The position numbers were made by a program, and so were the translations under genes. Positions 61,194-64,000 of a DNA stretch of 64,000 nucleotides are shown piece by piece. Position 1 is the first letter of the stretch; the number at the start of each line of letters is the position of its first letter. A model generated the notes under the pieces. The model searched no databases and was not told the DNA's origin. It saw nothing but the letters and a program-made list of their open reading frames with translations. This DNA is from an uncultured bacterium (GTDB lineage Bacteria > Verrucomicrobiota > Verrucomicrobiia > Limisphaerales > UBA8199): assembly GCA_963749495.1 (NCBI GenBank), contig CAVVMW010000010.1:512001-576000 (forward strand), read 5' to 3'.

Positions 61194-64000
61194 ATGAAAA
61201 TATCCGGCCCAATGAACCGCGGGGTCGCCCTGTTCGCCGTGGCGCTGGCCCTGGCGCGGGCGGCTCCGCGCAGGATTTCACGCTCACCCTCCAACCGAGC
61301 ACGGTGACTCTGATTCCCGAGCACAGCGCGTCGTTCGTCGTCTCGATGACTCCACTCAACGGCTTCACGTCGCAGGTGGCGCTGGCCGTAGAAAGCCTGC
61401 CGTTCGGAGTGACCGCGCAGTTCTCGCCGCAAACGCTGAGTCTGCCGGGCACTTCGGTCCTCGAGCTGAGCGCCGCCACGAACGCGGCGTTGGGCTCCTT
61501 CACGCTGGACATTAGCGCCGCCGGGGGTGGCATCACGAACACCACTTCCAGCGACGTGACCGTCAGCTTCGGCCTGCTGCCGACCTGCACCGGCGCGATC
61601 GAGGGCCAGGTGACGGACATCGTGACGGGCCTGCCGGTGCCGGGCGCGATCGTGGTCGCGACTTACGGTCCCACTGTCCTCACCGACACAAACGGGATGT
61701 ACGTGATCACTGACCTTGCGCTGGGCTCTCCCGACAACACACCGGTGCGGTATGGCATCTCGGCCTCCGGCACGAATTACTGGCCATCAGTCATCAGCTA
61801 TGCCTACGCCGTTTGCGACGCCACCAACGTGGTCAACTTCCAACTCCTGCGCATGGAGACCGGCTCGGTGAGCGGCCGGGTCGTGGCCCAGGGCGGCGGA
61901 CCGCTGGCCGGGGTGCTAGTCCAAGGCCGTGACTATTCCGGCGTCACGGATACGAATGGCGCCTTCCACGCGCTCGGGCTGGAGCTGGCTTCGAGCAATG
62001 CCCCCATCTCTTGGGTCCTAACGGCCACCCTCCAGGGATACTGGGATGCGACCACTAACGTCATGATTGCGGCCAACAGCAACTCCACGGTGACCGTGAT
62101 GATGATCCCGATCTGCACGGGCACAGTGCGCGGAAAAGTGATTTTCGCCGATTCCGGCCTGCCAGCCACCAATGTCACCGTGTATGTCAGCGCGGGGAGC
62201 ACGGTTGACGTCCCAACCGACAGCAACGGCGATTACATAGCTACCAATGTGAGCTTGGGACGCTTCAATGAGCCGATCTCGGCCTCCGCGCACGTTCAGT
62301 ACCCAGGCTATTATTATGCCAGCACAAACGCCCTGCTCAACACTTGCGGGGAAATCCTGACGATGCCGACGCTGGCCCTGCAACCCCTGCCGGCTGACAA
62401 TTACGGCGCCATCGCCGGCCATGTCTATGACGTTCAAACGGGCCAGCCCATCACGAATGCCGAAGTGGAGGTCGGAACCCTGGGGGGCTTAGAGGCCTAT
62501 GATTGCTTCACCGACGCGCATGGGGCGTATTTCCTGACCAACGTCGTCGTTGGCACTGGCCATGTCACTAACAGCATGTTCAACGTCACCGCCACAGGCC
62601 CGGGCTACTGGAACGCTGGCAGCAATGTTATCCTCTATGCCAGCGAGATCGTGACGCAGGACGTGCGAATGCTGCTCGCCGGCTATGGCGCTGTCGTCGG
62701 CACCGTGCGCGATTCGGCCACGGCTCTGCCTATCCAGGGCGCGTCCGTCAACCTCTCAAGCCTGGCCAACCTGTTTGTGTACACCGACGCCAAGGGCTAT
62801 TACGCCAGCGGCCTGTTGCCACTCTTCATTGGCAATGCCCCAACCTCTGAGGCCATTTTGGTTCAGGCAGACGGCTATTGGTCCATTACGACCAACACGA
62901 CGATCACACAAGGCAACACCAACGTCGTGGATGTTAACCTGATCAAAGTCTGCACCGGTGCCACGATCGTGGGCAACGTGGTCGATGCCCTCACCCAAAA
63001 GCCCATCACCAACGCCATCCTCTCGGTTTACAGCACGGTTTCTCGCTCGGCCATGACGGACACCAAAGGCAGTTTCACCCTCACCAACATCACGGTCGGC
63101 ACCGGCAATTCGCCCATTCAGGTGTCCGTCCACGCCGCCGCTCCGGGCTACAACCCGCAGTCCAAGACTGTGACGATCTTCTGCGATGCCACCATCATCA
63201 CGGAATTTGGGGTCCCAGAGACGGTTTTCGGCGGCATCCAGGGCTACGTCACCAACGTGGTCACCCGCCTGCCTCTGACCAATGTGTTTGTCGGCACGGG
63301 ATTTGGGGCCGCCACCACCACCGACACAAACGGTTACTACAGCTTCAGCCAGGCCCCCTTAGGCGCCAACGGGTCGAGCCGCGTGTGGACCGTCACGGCC
63401 ATGCCCGAGGGGTTTCCTGCGCAAACCGAATCCGCTTCCGTCTCCTCGAACACGGTTTCCCGGCTGGATTTTGGCTTCGGCCAGCCGCCCACGTCCTTGG
63501 TCGTCACCGCCGTCGGCACGCCCAATCCCGTCACCATTGGGAGCAACCTCCTTTATGTGGTCACGCTGACCAACACCGTGGCCGATGCCCAAGGGGTGGA
63601 GTTGTCGGACACGCTACCGCCGGGCGTGGCATTTGTCAGCGCCGCCTTTACGAACTCGCCTGGCACGCCGTTCAGCGCGCCGATTTATTCGAACAACGTC
63701 GTGTCCACCACGGCGGCGGTTTTCGGCTCCAACTCCGCGGTCGCTCTGGCGATCATGGTCACGCCCACCGTCACCGGCACACTGACCAACGTCGCCGCAG
63801 TGAGCAGTTCCACGCCGGACCTGGATCCCACCGGGCGCAATCATACCGCCACGTTCATCAGCAGCGTCCTGGCCCCCGCGCAGGCGGACTTGGCCTTGAT
63901 CCTGACCCAGAGCTCCAATTCCATTGTCCTCGGGAGCAACCTCTCTTACACGCTTCTGGTCACCAACCTCGGTCCGGCGGATGCACCGGACGTGGTGCTG
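61194..64000 (+). CDS. Large exported protein (carboxypeptidase-regulatory-like beta-sandwich repeats + DUF11), runs off the right edge; frameshift near 61260
   Basis: Signal peptide MKISGPMNRGVALFAVALAL in one frame; mature part QDFTLTLQP...GAIEGQVTD..TGLPVPGA...TDTNG.Y repeats and PNPVTIGSNLLYVVTLTN DUF11 in another, open to 64000 (absent from the ORF track because it has no stop). Confidence 0.8.

Overview
GC-rich bacterial window. Gene content (Cys-rich DUF11-like surface proteins with a C-terminal ...RFYR domain, an ECF sigma + Ser/Thr-kinase-WD40 pair) suggests Verrucomicrobia/PVC; this is inference. Ordinary content: a NarL-type two-component locus, a giant repetitive surface protein (broken), small stress/membrane genes, a B12 radical SAM gene, cyclic beta-1,2-glucan synthase, a partial hydroxyproline cluster, hydrolases/transporters and an ECF-STK module. 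Mobile DNA: two copies of a 2.1-kb IS4/ISH3-like element with a divergent passenger ORF, one IS630, several REP/REPIN-like palindrome families, and four near-identical ~798-nt ORF-less group II introns, three of them in tandem. Most striking: the introns sit seamlessly inside a family of ~9-bp-periodic CGC repeats. Removing intron copy 4 restores a perfect 29-bp inverted repeat bracketing a GxxExxY (PD-(D/E)XK-like) gene, and the intron's putative EBS1 loop is complementary to these repeats. This points to a repeat/nuclease system parasitised by a non-autonomous retroelement. Many single-base frameshifts suggest some lesions are sequencing or assembly errors.
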